This document shows, in pieces, positions 1 to 13,167 of a stretch of 64,000 bases of DNA. Source of the stretch: Octopus bimaculoides (lineage: Eukaryota); the NCBI RefSeq assembly GCF_001194135.2, contig NC_068993.1, forward strand, positions 19,177,541 through 19,241,540, written 5' to 3'. The notes under the pieces are model-generated. The model was not told the origin of the DNA. It did not search any database and saw nothing but the letters and a program-made list of their open reading frames with translations. Both the position numbers and the translations under genes were made by a program. Positions within the stretch are counted from its first letter, which is position 1. Each line of letters begins with the position of its first letter.

Positions 1-772
1 ATAGCTAAGCAAGTTCATTTCAGCAAAAAAAAAACAAAAAAAAAACATTACTTCCAGATATATCACAACCACCACCATCATTACGACTCGTATTGTAGCT
101 GCTTTAAATAATAATAATATCGATATCTCACATATGCACTTGGCCACGCATTTTATGGGAAGGGCATAATCTATTTAATCAATATCACAACATGAATTCC
201 AGTACACCACACAAACTTCCGGCAAAAGGTGGAATTGGAACACAAGATAAAGGGAAGTAATACTAGAAAGCAGCTTGCTCTTAAAAGTGGTTGTCGTTTT
301 ATCGGCCGTAAGGGTGACGAATGATATTTATTTACGCTAAGTCAATTATGAAAACTACAGGCATGGAGACACCAGTTTATAAGATGAATTCGCTGAGTCG
401 TCGCAATAGAGAAGAGACACTTGTAGCCGCTCAAGGAACTTCATCAGGAAGTTGCTCATCCAAAAGGAAGTTACTCATCCAGCTATGTCTTCTGAGTTAC
501 AGATATATGGTGAAGGTAAGTCCGCTTGAGAAGAGTAAACTGCCTGCTTTTTTCTCGAAATGAGAAAGGCGACAATGGTTGATACTTACTTAGACTTGGT
601 TAAGAAACGGTTCCATCTAGCATGGGCAAGCAAATGCTCAGAATATTACTATAAGGCAGTAGTGTACCGATAATGAATGAGAAGAACGATTTGGCGGTTA
701 TGGAAGTAGAACCTTAGAAAGGTAGAAGTGCTACCATCGAATTTATGCAATTACACACACACACACACACAC

Positions 773-822
<50 letters not shown>

Positions 823-1020
823 ATCTATATCTATCTATATATATATATANNNNNNNNNNNNNNNNNNNNNNNNNNNNNNNNNNNNNNNNNNNNNNNNNNN
901 NNNNNNNNNNNNNNNNNNNNNNNNNNNNNNNNNNNNNNNNNNNNNNNNNNNNNNNNNNNNNNNNNNNNNNNNNNNNNNNNNNNNNNNNNNNNNNNNNNNN
1001 NNNNNNTATATATATGTATA

Positions 1021-1068
1021 GGCGTAGGAGTGGCTGTGTGGTGAGTAGCTTGCTTACCAACCACATGG
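1021..1068 (+). mobile_element. SINE family A, 5' head fragment
   Basis: GGCGTAGGAGTGGCTGTGTGGTGAGTAGCTTGCTTACCAACCACATGG matches the heads of the family A copies at 28111-28490, 33638-34044 and 50195-50362; preceded by (TA)n. Confidence 0.8.
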
Positions 1069-4000
1069 AAAATTCATTCAATAACTGTAATATAATTTAA
1101 ACAATTTGTTTATGTACAAGAGATTTGTTTGCTTTCCTCTTCTGTTATATGCAATCTCAGTATATAACTGATTTACTGTTTCAGTTACTAATATCAATGA
1201 CCAGGTTTAGTTTCAGAGACTGAAAAAACCTGGATGTCCTGTTGCTATCGAGTTTCCAGTAGTTTTCAGTGGCACTGCACCTCTTACAGGGAGCCACGTT
1301 TAATTCTATGGGACAACATTATTACGTAGAGACACATGCGTGTAAAAGCATCCAGTGTCCTCGAATCTAAAATCATTGATCGTAGTGTAAATATTTTGGA
1401 ATTCTAATGTGCAACTTAAACACACAAACCAGCTTATATTCCCAGATATATTGTTTCTGAAAATTGTTATAAATACCACAATTAAAAGAAGGCAGCAGTG
1501 GCTGAGTTGTAGAGACCGATAGAATGTAACCTCAAATAATTCCGGTATTTACTTTTATCGGAGTTTGAATCCAACCGGAGATGCTTTCTAAATTCGTCCA
1601 TCTGATGTCTACGAAACATGTAACGGTCTTACTATTACTTATAATGGAATCATTTACTTAATATTATAAGAAATCATGCTTAATATTATATTTCACATAT
1701 TAGTAGAGATGCACGATAGAGCAGAATGGCACTGAAAAACATACATTATTAGAAGAATGAGGGAAATAAAAGAGTTGTAACTTCAAAGAATTGAAACCAG
1801 GTGACGCTCTCAGATGACTGGGAACATATCTCATTGATTGTCATTACTATTTTGTTCTTTGCATTAACTCCAAAAATCCTGTAATTCAAATGAGGGAAAT
1901 TGGAAATGAGCAATGTCCAGACATTTCCCATACACATTAGCTGTGTATGCAAACAACATGGGTTCAACCACGTTAGGAACAGCGACGTAATCTAGGTTTT
2001 ATGGATAACTGACAAAAACTTTTCTCACATAAAATAATGCAAAAAGAATTAATATGAGAGAGGAATGAGGTAACGAAATGTTAAAACCACTGATAACGGT
2101 CGGAAAAGAAAGAAAGAAATAGTAAAAGAGAAATGAAAATGCGTCAAAGTGTCGTCTCTCAGTCAAAGACTTCTATTTTACATTAACATGATCATAGAAT
2201 GATCTCTGCTTAACAAAGATGTTTAAATAGATCGAAGGTTGTCTTAAATATTATTGCTTAAAAGGCTTTGACTTATTCAGGAAACAAAATGAAATTTACT
2301 CATTAATTAGAAAGAAAAATAATTAAAAAAAAATGAATGGTGATAATAGAATCGAGTAAATTCTCTTAAACATCTTCACTAAATTTACTGTTACATTATT
2401 GACTAGGTATCCATTAAATTTGCATTATAAATCACATTCTCTAAGCGATATAGAATTCGTAATTAATTAATTAATTAATTAGCTGTATCATGTTTGAAGC
2501 TCTTTATTTGTTACTACATTTTATTTGGCTATTTACGTATAAATATAAGAAATCATTCTTTACCTTATCTTTTCTTCTGTAATACATTTTCATGTAATAT
2601 TCAGCAAAGCATTCTCAATGTTTATACAGCTTAGAAAAATTAGGGGACCTGATGATATTCCAATGAAAGCTAATACTTTCCAAACAGTGACATATTTAAT
2701 GAATTAATAATGTCACACAGAATAGGTATAAATATGGGAAATGGACCTACAAATATTCACTATTTCAGCAATCACTGAGATGTTTTCGTTTTGTAGGTTT
2801 CAAATGAAAGGCATGTATCTATTTATACAGGATGTACGTAATTTCCCCCAGAAAAGATCTATACATGTCCTTTTGTTTCAGTCAACAAAAACCATGCAGC
2901 ATTAATTACCGTATCAATAAGCATAAGGAAATATCCAGGTGGAATTTGAACTCACGTTTCACGTGTCGACAGTCAAACAATTTATATATTTGGCCATTGT
3001 AACAATTACATTCTCTATAAAAACATTTTCAACTACATTTATCATGTTCCGTACCATTCTGGAAATGCCAAAAGTCTTGTTCAGAAAATTAATTTCCTTC
3101 TGTGAGTGGTTAAAGATGAGCAACGTCGAATCGTGGCTGCATATGTTCTCTTTATACTAGTTCACTCCAATATCCATCTAGACTAATTTCCAACTGAATG
3201 TTTGGTTAAAACAGTCGCGATAATAGTCAGTTACTTTCAGATCGCCTGGATAGAATTCGTCCAAGGTTGTCTAAATGTTTAGGAGGAAGGGAAATCACTG
3301 TATTTATGAATTCTGCCACAATATTTATTCTTCGACAGACAACGGTGATCACTAAGGTAATAGCTTCCAGATAAATGGTTTCTGTGCAGATGAATAGAAT
3401 TTCTTATTTTGCTGTTAATTGTTTCATTTTAAAACGAAGTTTAAGAAAACTGAACATGAAATAGGAATAAGGTTTCTCTTTTCGAATCAGATTTAATCAA
3501 AAGATAGAAAAGTGAAATCTAATGTTGGTAACATTGCAAATCTATTTTAACACAATTCAATGTATGAATAATTTAATTTGTCTCTGATGTCTCTAAACAG
3601 CGAATCTATTGTGCAAACTAACATTATTAACGAGACTGTATCAATGAAATATGCCGAAAGAGAAACTCTATGGAGTGCGTTTGTGCTCGTAGCTGTGGAG
3701 AATTTATCACGTGGCAATCAACTATTCATGCAGCTCACTAATCTGGGAAGGGAAAAAAAAGAAAACGAATAAAGAAAACCATTGGCAACCTGGTATCATT
3801 TAGTCTTCTTCCTTTTCTTCATTCTTTCTCAGTTTCTTTGTTCATTCATTCTTAGGACAATAACAATGATCAATGGTATTGCCGATTCAAGTATTCCAAG
3901 CATATTCTGAGATCGAGAAAGAAAGTCGAGAATGCCTAGAAAGCAATAAGATGAAAATACCTAGCGACTGAATAAATTCTGCCGGGGTAAAATAAGACTT

Positions 4001-4099
4001 CTGAATAATTAAGGTCTAAAAGATCGGAACAGGTCAAGCGAATAGAATGTTAAAATCAGAATTTGATGGGTTTGATGCAGAAAATAACCACAGGTGAAG

Positions 4100-4870
4100 G
4101 GAAATAGAAAGAGAGAGAGAAGTAGGAAATAATTTCTAAAAGCCATACATCGGAAATTGAGAAGGGATATAGGTAATGGTGGGGACTGCTCTCAATGCTG
4201 ATGTTTACGAAGACGTTAAAGAACTATGGCGACAGGAAGATAGTGATAGAGTGAGAGATTGGGAAAGAGAGAGAAGGAGAGACAGAAGGAGGGAGGAGCA
4301 AGAGAGGGACAGAATGGGAGAGATAGAGGGACAGAGAGAGAGAGAATGGGAGAGAGGAATGAGAGATCGATCGAGTAAAAGTGAGATAGAGAGATAGAAT
4401 GAGTGAGTGAGTGAAAGAATGAGTGGGGAAAATGAGAGATCGGGGGGAGAGAGCAAGAGAGGGATTGAGTGGTAGCGAGAGGGAAAGAGTGAGCGACAAG
4501 GAGACAGAGTTAGAGGGACAGAGAGAGAATGGTGAGATATATGAGAGATCAAGCAAGTGAGTGAGAGAGTGCGAGCGAAAGAGAGAGAGAGTGGGAGAAA
4601 TAAAGAGAGAGACAGAGAGAGGAGAGATAGAAAGAGAGAGAGGAGAGAGAAAGAAAGAGAGAGAGGGAGAGAGTGGCAGCGAGACAGGGAAGAGGGACAG
4701 AGAGAATGGGTGACAAGAATGAGAGATCGGCCGATTAAGGGATTGAGAGAGAGAAAGAGAGTGACAGAGTGACAGAGAGAGAGAGACAGGGAGAGAGACA
4801 GACAGACAGGAAGACAGAACGAGAGTAGAAGAGTAAGAATGAGAAAAGGTGAAAGACAAGAAGAGAGAAA
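4100..4870 (+). repeat. GA-rich polypurine low-complexity tract
   Basis: About 770 bp of almost only G and A on the + strand, with recurring GAGAGATCG and GAGGGACAGAGAGAGAATGG motifs. Confidence 0.9.
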
Positions 4871-5380
4871 GAGAAAGAAGTTAAATAGTTAATGTGAGCA
4901 ATGAATAAAAGGAAAATTCAATCGTTGTTTACCCATTCCAACCCCTCCCCACCACCAGCAGCAGTACCACCAGCACCACCACAACCATCGTCCTCTCCTC
5001 AACAACCTCCAATCTTCACTATACGTGGTAGCCTAATCCAACACAACAAATACCATAACACATGCTCATGAAAAGCAGGTTACATTTACATATAACAATG
5101 CATATATTGATTTGCTGTACGACGAAGTGAAGGCCGAGGTTTCACATAAGATCATCGCCGAGGAGAAATCTTACAAAGTACAAAATACGATTGTTGTTTT
5201 TAGTCTTTATTCGTTTCTGCTCTATGACGGTGATACAGCGTATCACTAAAACGTGCCTGTCCTCACTTGTACGGCGTAATCATAGGCGTAGATTTTACTT
5301 AGATTGACAAAACCCTTTATGTCTTCAAAACACTGTGTGTTGGGCAACAGATATGGTACATGGAGCAATCATATGTACCA

Positions 5381-5513
5381 TTCATATCTGCGTCCAAAGC
5401 TACTTTTGGCCTACATATCTGCGTCCAAATTCATATCTGCGTCCAAAGCTACTTTTGGCCTACATATCTGCGTCCAAATTCATATCTGCGTCCAAAGATA
5501 CTTTTGGCCTACA
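5381..5513. repeat. Higher-order tandem repeat, 49-bp unit x2.7
   Basis: Unit TTCATATCTGCGTCCAAAGCTACTTTTGGCCTACATATCTGCGTCCAAA at 5381-5429 and 5430-5478, plus a partial copy to 5513; contains five copies of CATATCTGCGTCCAAA. Confidence 0.95.
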
Positions 5514-5653
5514 AGTGTGGTAGGCTTGATTCCTTTCTCAGTTTGATAATACTAACTGCGCCTTGTAGTATTAGGAGTGAGTGCATGTACACAAACTCAC
5601 ACACACTCTTACACACAAACTCACACAAACTCAGGTTTCCGGTTTGAGAAAAC

Positions 5654-5762
5654 CTTCTTCTTCTTCTTCTTCTTCTTCTTCTTCTTCTTCTTCTTCTTCT
5701 TCTTCTTCTTCTTCTTCTTCTTCTTCTTCTCCTCCTCCTCCTCCTCCTCCTCCTCCTCCTCT
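5654..5762. repeat. Compound (CTT)n(CCT)n microsatellite
   Basis: Read directly from the sequence. Confidence 0.95.
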
Positions 5763-6164
5763 ACCTCTCTCCCAGTCTCGATCGCCATGCGAGATTAAAA
5801 ACTGAAATGATTGTATAACAGCAATTAAAGATAACTACCACATATATGCGCATAGAAGACAATATTTTCAATATTTCCCTATAAATCTCGAAAATCTACC
5901 GTGCGTCGTATTGCAGGTATGTTACATTGGTCATATGTAGGCAAATTCAGACATATGACTTATGCGTATAAACATACAGACGTCTGTATACGAACTTGTA
6001 CATATAAACTAACTAGCGACGCATGCTGAAAACTCATGGACAGAGACAAACAGAAACTTACAGAAATATTTACATAAACTGACTTACACAAAACGAGAAA
6101 CAACCACGCGTAAACGCCCACGAAATCTTCAGATGCGCTCGTAGTGTATATCTTCTAACATGAA

Positions 6165-6960
6165 CACACACACACACACACAGACACACACACACACACA
6201 CACACACACGTACACACATACACACTCTCTCTCTCACTCACACTCACACACGCAAACACACACACACATACACACTCTCTCTCTCACTCACACTCACACA
6301 CACTCACACACACAAACACAAACGCACACATCCACACTCTCTCACACACAATCACACACACACACTCACAAACACACTCACACACTCAANNNNNNNNNNN
6401 NNNNNNNNNNNNNNNNNNNNNNNNNNNNNNNNNNNNNNNNNNNNNNNNNNNNNNNNNNNNNNNNNNNNNNNNNNNNNNNNNNNNNNNNNNNNNNNNNNNN
6501 NNNNNNNNNNNNNNNNNNNNNNNNNNNNNNNNNNNNNNNNNNNNNNNNNNNNACGCGAACACAACGCGCATACACGTACACACATACACACTCTCTCTCT
6601 CACTCACACTCACACACGCAAACACACACACACATACACACTCTCTCTCTCACTCACACTCACACACACTCACACACACAAACACAAACGCACACATCCA
6701 CACTCTCTCACACACAATCACACACACACACTCACAAACACACTCACACACTCAATGCGCACACACACTCATGCTCACACACACTCATGCGCACGCACAC
6801 TCATGCGCACACACACTCATGCGCACACACACTCATGCGCACACACACACTCTCCTCCACAAACACACAAACACACAGACACACACACACATANNNNNNN
6901 NNNCGCACACACACACTCTCCTCCACAAACACACAAACACACAGACACACACACACATAC
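6165..6960. repeat. CA-rich compound microsatellite with a 14-bp CACACACTCATGCG sub-array and gaps
   Basis: Read directly from the sequence; includes exact duplications on either side of N-runs. Confidence 0.9.
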
Positions 6961-7311
6961 GGACAAATTTGTGTATACGTTTATCAACATGTACATACGC
7001 GAACACAACGCGCATACACGCAACACACTAATACATTCGTGTGTAAGCACGAATACATTTGTATAAGTTGATTACCGAGGTAGAATGCCATAACATTTAG
7101 GGAAGATTGCAAGATTAGTGTTGTTCAAATCAATCACTTGACTTCACTTTATCACCAGATAGGTACGTTTCGTTGTTTAGGAAGCATAAAGGCAAGAGAG
7201 ACACAAAAAAGATGATGGAAAATGAAATGTTTCAGAAAGAAAAGGGAGAAGAGTGGAAGTGGTAGGTCGGATACGACGTAAGAGGGAAACAACAACAACA
7301 ACAACAACAGA

Positions 7312-7312
<1 letters not shown>

Positions 7313-7373
<61 letters not shown>

Positions 7374-7615
7374 TGATAATAATGATAATAATAAGTAATA
7401 GTAATAATAATAATAATAATAATGATATTAGTAATAATAATAACAGTAATAATAATGATAATAATAATAATAATNNNNNNNNNNNNNNNNNNNNNNNNNN
7501 NNNNNNNNNNNNNNNNNNNNNNNNNNNNNNNNNNNNNNNNNNNNNNNNNNNNNNNNNNNNNNNNNNNNTAGTAATAATAATGATATTAGTAATAATAATA
7601 ACAGTAATAATAATG

Positions 7616-7679
<64 letters not shown>

Positions 7680-7805
7680 TAATAATAATAATGATGATAA
7701 TAATGATAATAATAAGTAATAGTAATAATAATAGTAATAATAATGATATTAGTAATAATAATAACAGTAATAATAATGATAATAATAATAATAATAATAA
7801 TAATG

Positions 7806-7863
<58 letters not shown>
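7313..7863. repeat. (AAT)n compound microsatellite
   Basis: Read directly from the sequence; interrupted by an N gap. Confidence 0.95.
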
Positions 7864-7865
<2 letters not shown>

Positions 7866-8274
7866 CCCGGATGCAGTACCAGATAGTGGCTCTCATAGCA
7901 TCTGATTTTAATTGATTGTAAGCGTTATCATGTACATTCTTTTGTCTTGGTATAAAAAGATGGGCTACAGCAAGTATTCTGCTCAATACCACAGATTTGC
8001 TTGTCAGTTGTTTGACCTTAATCAGTTGAGCGTGTCCCTTGGTAGCTGACGATATGTGCATCTTTGATCATGAGTAGAAGTAGTGGGGGAGCATCATAGT
8101 CATGTGTTGAGAGGAATTCTTTGGGGTTTGGATAATTCACCTTTGGAAACATGGGTGTTTTTCTTAACATCCTTAAACAAACCTTATTCAGGGACCTTTT
8201 GAGCGGGATGGGCTACTCGATCTGAAGGAAATTCTAACTGGGCCCCACCTGCGAGGTCATGCACCGTTTATCTT

Positions 8275-9527
8275 GATATAGGCATGGAATTTAGCATAGA
8301 TAAGTGTGCAATATTAGTTATGAAAAAGGGACATGTAGTCAACAGAGAAGGCATACAATTACCAGATGGCCAGCCAGGTGTTAAAATAACTGAAAGAAGG
8401 GGAGAGTACCTAAGAATATTAGATTCTGACAGAGTATGAACTATAGAAGTGAAAACAAAAAAATTAGGAGTATATCAGAAGGTTAAAGGAGTTTATGAAG
8501 TCAAAACTAAATGCTCCAAATGTTGTGTAGGCTGTAAATACTTGGGCACTATCGTTACTTACATATTCAGCAGCTTTTGCAGATTGGACCAAATCTGAAT
8601 TAGCAAAGCTAGACAGAAGAACTAGGAAGGAATTCAATATGAATGGAGGACTCCACCCAACATCAGCAGTAACAAGGTTATGCTTACCTAGAAAGGAAGG
8701 TGAAAGAGCTTTAATATCAGTTAAAGACTGCGTGGAGTTAGCTAGAACAGACATAGCCTCCTATGCAGGTAATAATGAAGAAAGCATATTAAGAGCTGCT
8801 AGAATCACAGCAGGAAATAAGCCAAATAAAGTTAAACAGCAGAGAAAAGAAAAAAGTTATCTGCTTGGCAAGAGAAAACTTTCCATGGTAGATTCCCAAA
8901 GATAGGTTCAAGAAATAGCAAAGAAACATTGTTATGGTTGCAGAAAGGACGATTGAAAAGGGAAACGAGATGTTTGTTAGTAGCAGCATTAGATCAAGCA
9001 TTATGGACTAATTGGATAAAAACCAAGATAGACAAAAATCAAGTAGATTCCCAATGTAGGTTATGCAAATTAAAAGAGGAAAGTGTTACTCATATAGTAA
9101 GTGAATGTAGCATGCTGGTACAGAAAGAATACAAGAAAAGACATGACAACCTAGGGAGCGTAATCCACAGGGAGTTATGTAGAAAGCTAGGATTTAACTA
9201 TAGTGATAAATGATATGAAAATGAAGCTAGTAAAGTACTGGAAAGTAAGAAATATAAATATTTGTGAGACTTTAACATTCAGACGGACAGAGTAATAGAA
9301 GCTAGAAGACCTGATTTAGTACTAGTAAATAATGAGAATAGAAAGTGCAGATAATTTACTTTACAGTTCCAAATAATGAGAAATTCAATATGAGAAGCAT
9401 ACAGAAAATACCTAAACACCAGGACTTAGCCATTGAGTTAGAGAGACTATGGAAAGTGCGAGTAAAATGTACCCCTGTAGTTATAGGTGCATTAGGAACT
9501 ATCCCTAAACATTTGAACAAATGTTAA
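8275..9527 (+). mobile_element. R4/Dong-clade non-LTR retrotransposon fragment (RT thumb, CCHC knuckle, RLE endonuclease), inactivated
   Basis: Manual translation across frameshifts and stops gives DIGMEFSIDKC...LDRRTRK...GLHPTSAVTRLCLPRKEG...CRLCKLKEESVTHIVSEC (CX2CX8HX4C)...EYKKRHD...RRPDLVLV...PVVIGALGTIP. This motif order is typical of RLE-type LINEs. Confidence 0.88.
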
Positions 9528-12500
9528 CTATACCACCGCAACGTAACTATAAAATTTACTGAATATCTGAAACATTGATTTGTCAAGTGACACCAGAGAA
9601 AGGAGACAAATCATATGAACTACACCTTGGTCGTACAAAGAGTAAATGTGCGGCTGTGAAACATAGGTACAGTATCGGAGCAGCTTTATGTGCATTCGAA
9701 ACCCCTGTATTGCTTTCTGATTGTGGTATCCTCTGATTGCAGTTTTGGCTGAGGTTCATCTCTTCTCAATATTTTCACTTCAAGGTATGGAACAAAGTAA
9801 ATTTGACTCCATTTATTGTAGCGGCCCTGATCCAACGGCCAATGTCTGCTGAGAAACAATTGCTCTCTTGAGTAGAGATGCAATAACAACGATTTATCAA
9901 CGCTAAACTTTTGTTCTGTGACTACCTCGCATTTAGTCACGGATTACTTCACATCCTCTCTCGCTCTCTCTTCCCCATATCTCTCCACTTTTCTTTCCCT
10001 TCGTCTCTCTCTCTCACTCTTCCCCTCTCTCTGCCTTGGTGTGTAGGAAAGCTCCAGAGCATTTCTTCTACTTTTCTCTTTTGCATTGAAGGAAAAAAAA
10101 ATCTCCAGGTTAGTTTTCTGCTAACAAAGATTCAAATCGATTTTCTCCCCGTATATTCAAATCTGGGTAACATACTTCAGGTGATGAGTAAAAGTATATT
10201 TAATAAATGACAAAAGGCATTACCTTTAATGATAGTTGTTGTGATGACAATCAAGGGAGATAACACTGAAATATCTTGATTACTAACTGGATGTTTATTC
10301 AACGTGGAAATTATTTTACACTTCCTGCTAATTCCACAATGTTTACAGTCTAAACCGTGGTAGATTACTTGACTCTCTTGACAACGAGCATTCAGTTGCT
10401 CAACCAACTGAAGTTCTACACATCACATTAATGCGTCAGTGGCTGAGTGTCTCACAGACACAGGTACACTTAACGCAATTCTTTGGGCTAAATAGCATGT
10501 CAGAAATGAAGCAAGGTAAAATTCAAAGGGAAAAAAGATGATACGGACAGAAGGGAAGTGAGAGGATGATAAAGAGTTAGAGATAGAGAGAAAACGATAA
10601 GAAAGAAAGAAAGAAAGAAAGAAAGAAGGAATAGGACAGAAAGAAAAGACACGAGTATGGCTCTGCTTCTCTATCGATGCCCAAAAGATAAAAGGCAAAG
10701 CGGACATTCGTAAATTTTAAAATGAATACAGAGCGCCGGATCGAATATTACTTGACAGTCTCATCTTGGCGTTAAAGGTTCTACTATTTCGCTGTCTTCT
10801 GCAAATTAAATACAACCAGATGAATCGACTGCCGAAAACTGCTACGAATAAAAGAGATATTAGAGATGGGAAATCTTAGCAATGGACAATCTCACGTCTA
10901 AACATTCCTACACATGCATGCAATTATTCCCGCTCGAGATGAAACACTCTTCTTCTCTGTATATTTCTCTTAATCTCCATCCTTCTTTCTGCGTCTATAC
11001 ATACATCCAAACTCGCAGCCACATCGATACCTTCACTCATGCACTCACACATAATATGTGTGTGTGCGTAGTTGTAAAGACATAAAAGTAAAGATTCAGT
11101 GAAATTGATAAGAAAAAGGATGAAATAGATTTCGGTATAGTCTACACTAGTAGCATTATCTAACCGAAATAATTATTTTAAATTATCTTGTAATCTAGAA
11201 ATATCCTCTTACTTTTCGAAAACTTAAAACTGGTTATAAAATCCAAGGAAGGATAGGCGTGCTGTAGCTATGAGTGCCTTCAATGAGGTAGAGATATGTG
11301 AAATGATTATTTAAAATTAATTTTTGTTCTTGTTATTTATAAAAGTTTTCTGATGCTAGATGGATGGTTTTATCGCGATGAATTATATCTCTTGCGAAAT
11401 AAAAATCAGCTTCATTTAGATTTTTAAAAAGTATTGCCGAAAGGAAGGTAAGTATTATTTCTCTTGCGAAACAAGTATGAGCTTAAGACACATAGTTAAA
11501 CAAATATTACTTCATTTATCTGGGAATTTGGTTTAAAGATTACTATCTAGACTCACCTTTCAAAAGTTAATTTCCTCGACATAATTTTAGTTAGATTTAG
11601 AGGCTAACAAATATTCCCCAATAACCCAAAGAACACAAAAACTATAACACCGAGAAATGCAGAAGCAATAACAAAACCAAAATCTGGTGTGGAAAGAACA
11701 AAAACAACAAAAAGAGACTTAAACAACAACAACGATGAAAGATGAAACAACCACATGCGTAGAAAGGCCTGAAACCATAATTAATCAGCGAATCGCTAAA
11801 TTGTGCAGTCCTTCGAGAAGTCATTAGAATACGTACGTTACAACAAAGAAAAATCATTTGCATTGAATGAAGGTGTTGGAAGAGTTTTATGCAAAGAACT
11901 GTCGCTTCGTGAAAATGTCTTAAAAAATACTTTTTCAAGACATTTCCCTAACAAAATTCCCGAGAAACAAGACTAGGTTGAGTAATTTTTCCATCCTTTT
12001 TATCTTCTCTTCTGCTAAAATTGCTTTACTAAAAGTTGCCTGTATGAATATATGTGGGGCGACTGTGAAATCTAGATTAATTCGGTTCACTTGGATGTTT
12101 AAGCGTGATCTTGCATATGGGCAGTTATGAAGTGCGTCAGTGAGATCTTCAGACGACTATTTACATCCGGATTGGATTAGTCACGTATCTTGAAACTTCT
12201 AGAGACATTCTTTGGAACATTTCGTTTAATAGTGTTATTGGGTGATTCGAACGGCATTATGGACGCATGCAAAGATTGTGTCATAATACCTGCATGTGTA
12301 GCCGATGCAAGGGATTGCTAAATCTTTGCAGTTCTTATTATACACTCCATATGGTTGCAAATTCCCCCTTCATTTTCCGAATGAGCTAATATCTGCTTCT
12401 CAACATAAATTCCTGTAATAGTCTGGATTGTGTTAATACAGATATTAGCGAAAACTTTGTTTCACTATTTAACAATGTAAGAAATGAAATACAAAAACAA

Positions 12501-13099
12501 AATTTTAGAACGTTAGAAAATTAAGAGATGAACTTCATCGGTAAAGAAGGGTTAATACACATCGACAAATGAAATGAGTATGCAAACAGGTGAGTAGAGG
12601 TGAGTTGTAATAGATGAGTCTTTCTTGGAAGAAACGAGAGTTCTCATATTTTCATCCGTTTCCCCTCGCCCATTTTCTCGTATATCATCTGTATGCAGTT
12701 GTCAATACGTTAGTATATCTGTCACTTTATCGCAACATAAAGCTCTCTTACCAGCCTCAACGTCTCTCCCGTTTCGTCTACTTTTTTTCTATCTTTCCAA
12801 TACTCTTGTTCACTGGAATATATACCTTCACACATTCACTTCTATGCAGCTAATCTTTCTTTCTTGTCACTTCCTCCTAGATTGAGTTTACTGCTCCCAT
12901 TCTCTTTTCCATACGAATCCCTCTCTGTCTATCTCGTTTTAATTGATTATGCGCGAGGGTTTAGGTTCGAATGTAAATACCAATCATTAATGTTATTTGA
13001 AGTAAGAAGTAGTTCTTGTAAGTCTATGTTACATCAGTTGTCGTTTATACGCCTGCGCAAGTAAGTGTGTGTATATGTTTACATGTATGCCTGTCTGAA

Positions 13100-13167
<68 letters not shown>

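Noticed and set aside
2655-2695. CTGATGA...GAAA hammerhead-like spacing
   Set aside because: No stem II, III or I pairing; expected by chance in AT-rich DNA. The same applies to the - strand CTGATGA near 30022.
3050-3350. Faint Tc1-like peptide on the - strand (PKHLDNLGRILSRR)
   Set aside because: The similarity is too weak to call without a profile search, and no TIRs were found.
5381-5513. CRISPR-like repeat-spacer appearance
   Set aside because: The spacers are identical or only 2 nt long, the context is eukaryotic and there are no cas genes; kept as a tandem repeat.
6206-6755. Exact duplication of about 180 bp on both sides of an N gap (similar cases at 6844-6957 and 7390-7620)
   Set aside because: Identical copies flanking gaps are most simply overlapping contig ends, an assembly artefact.
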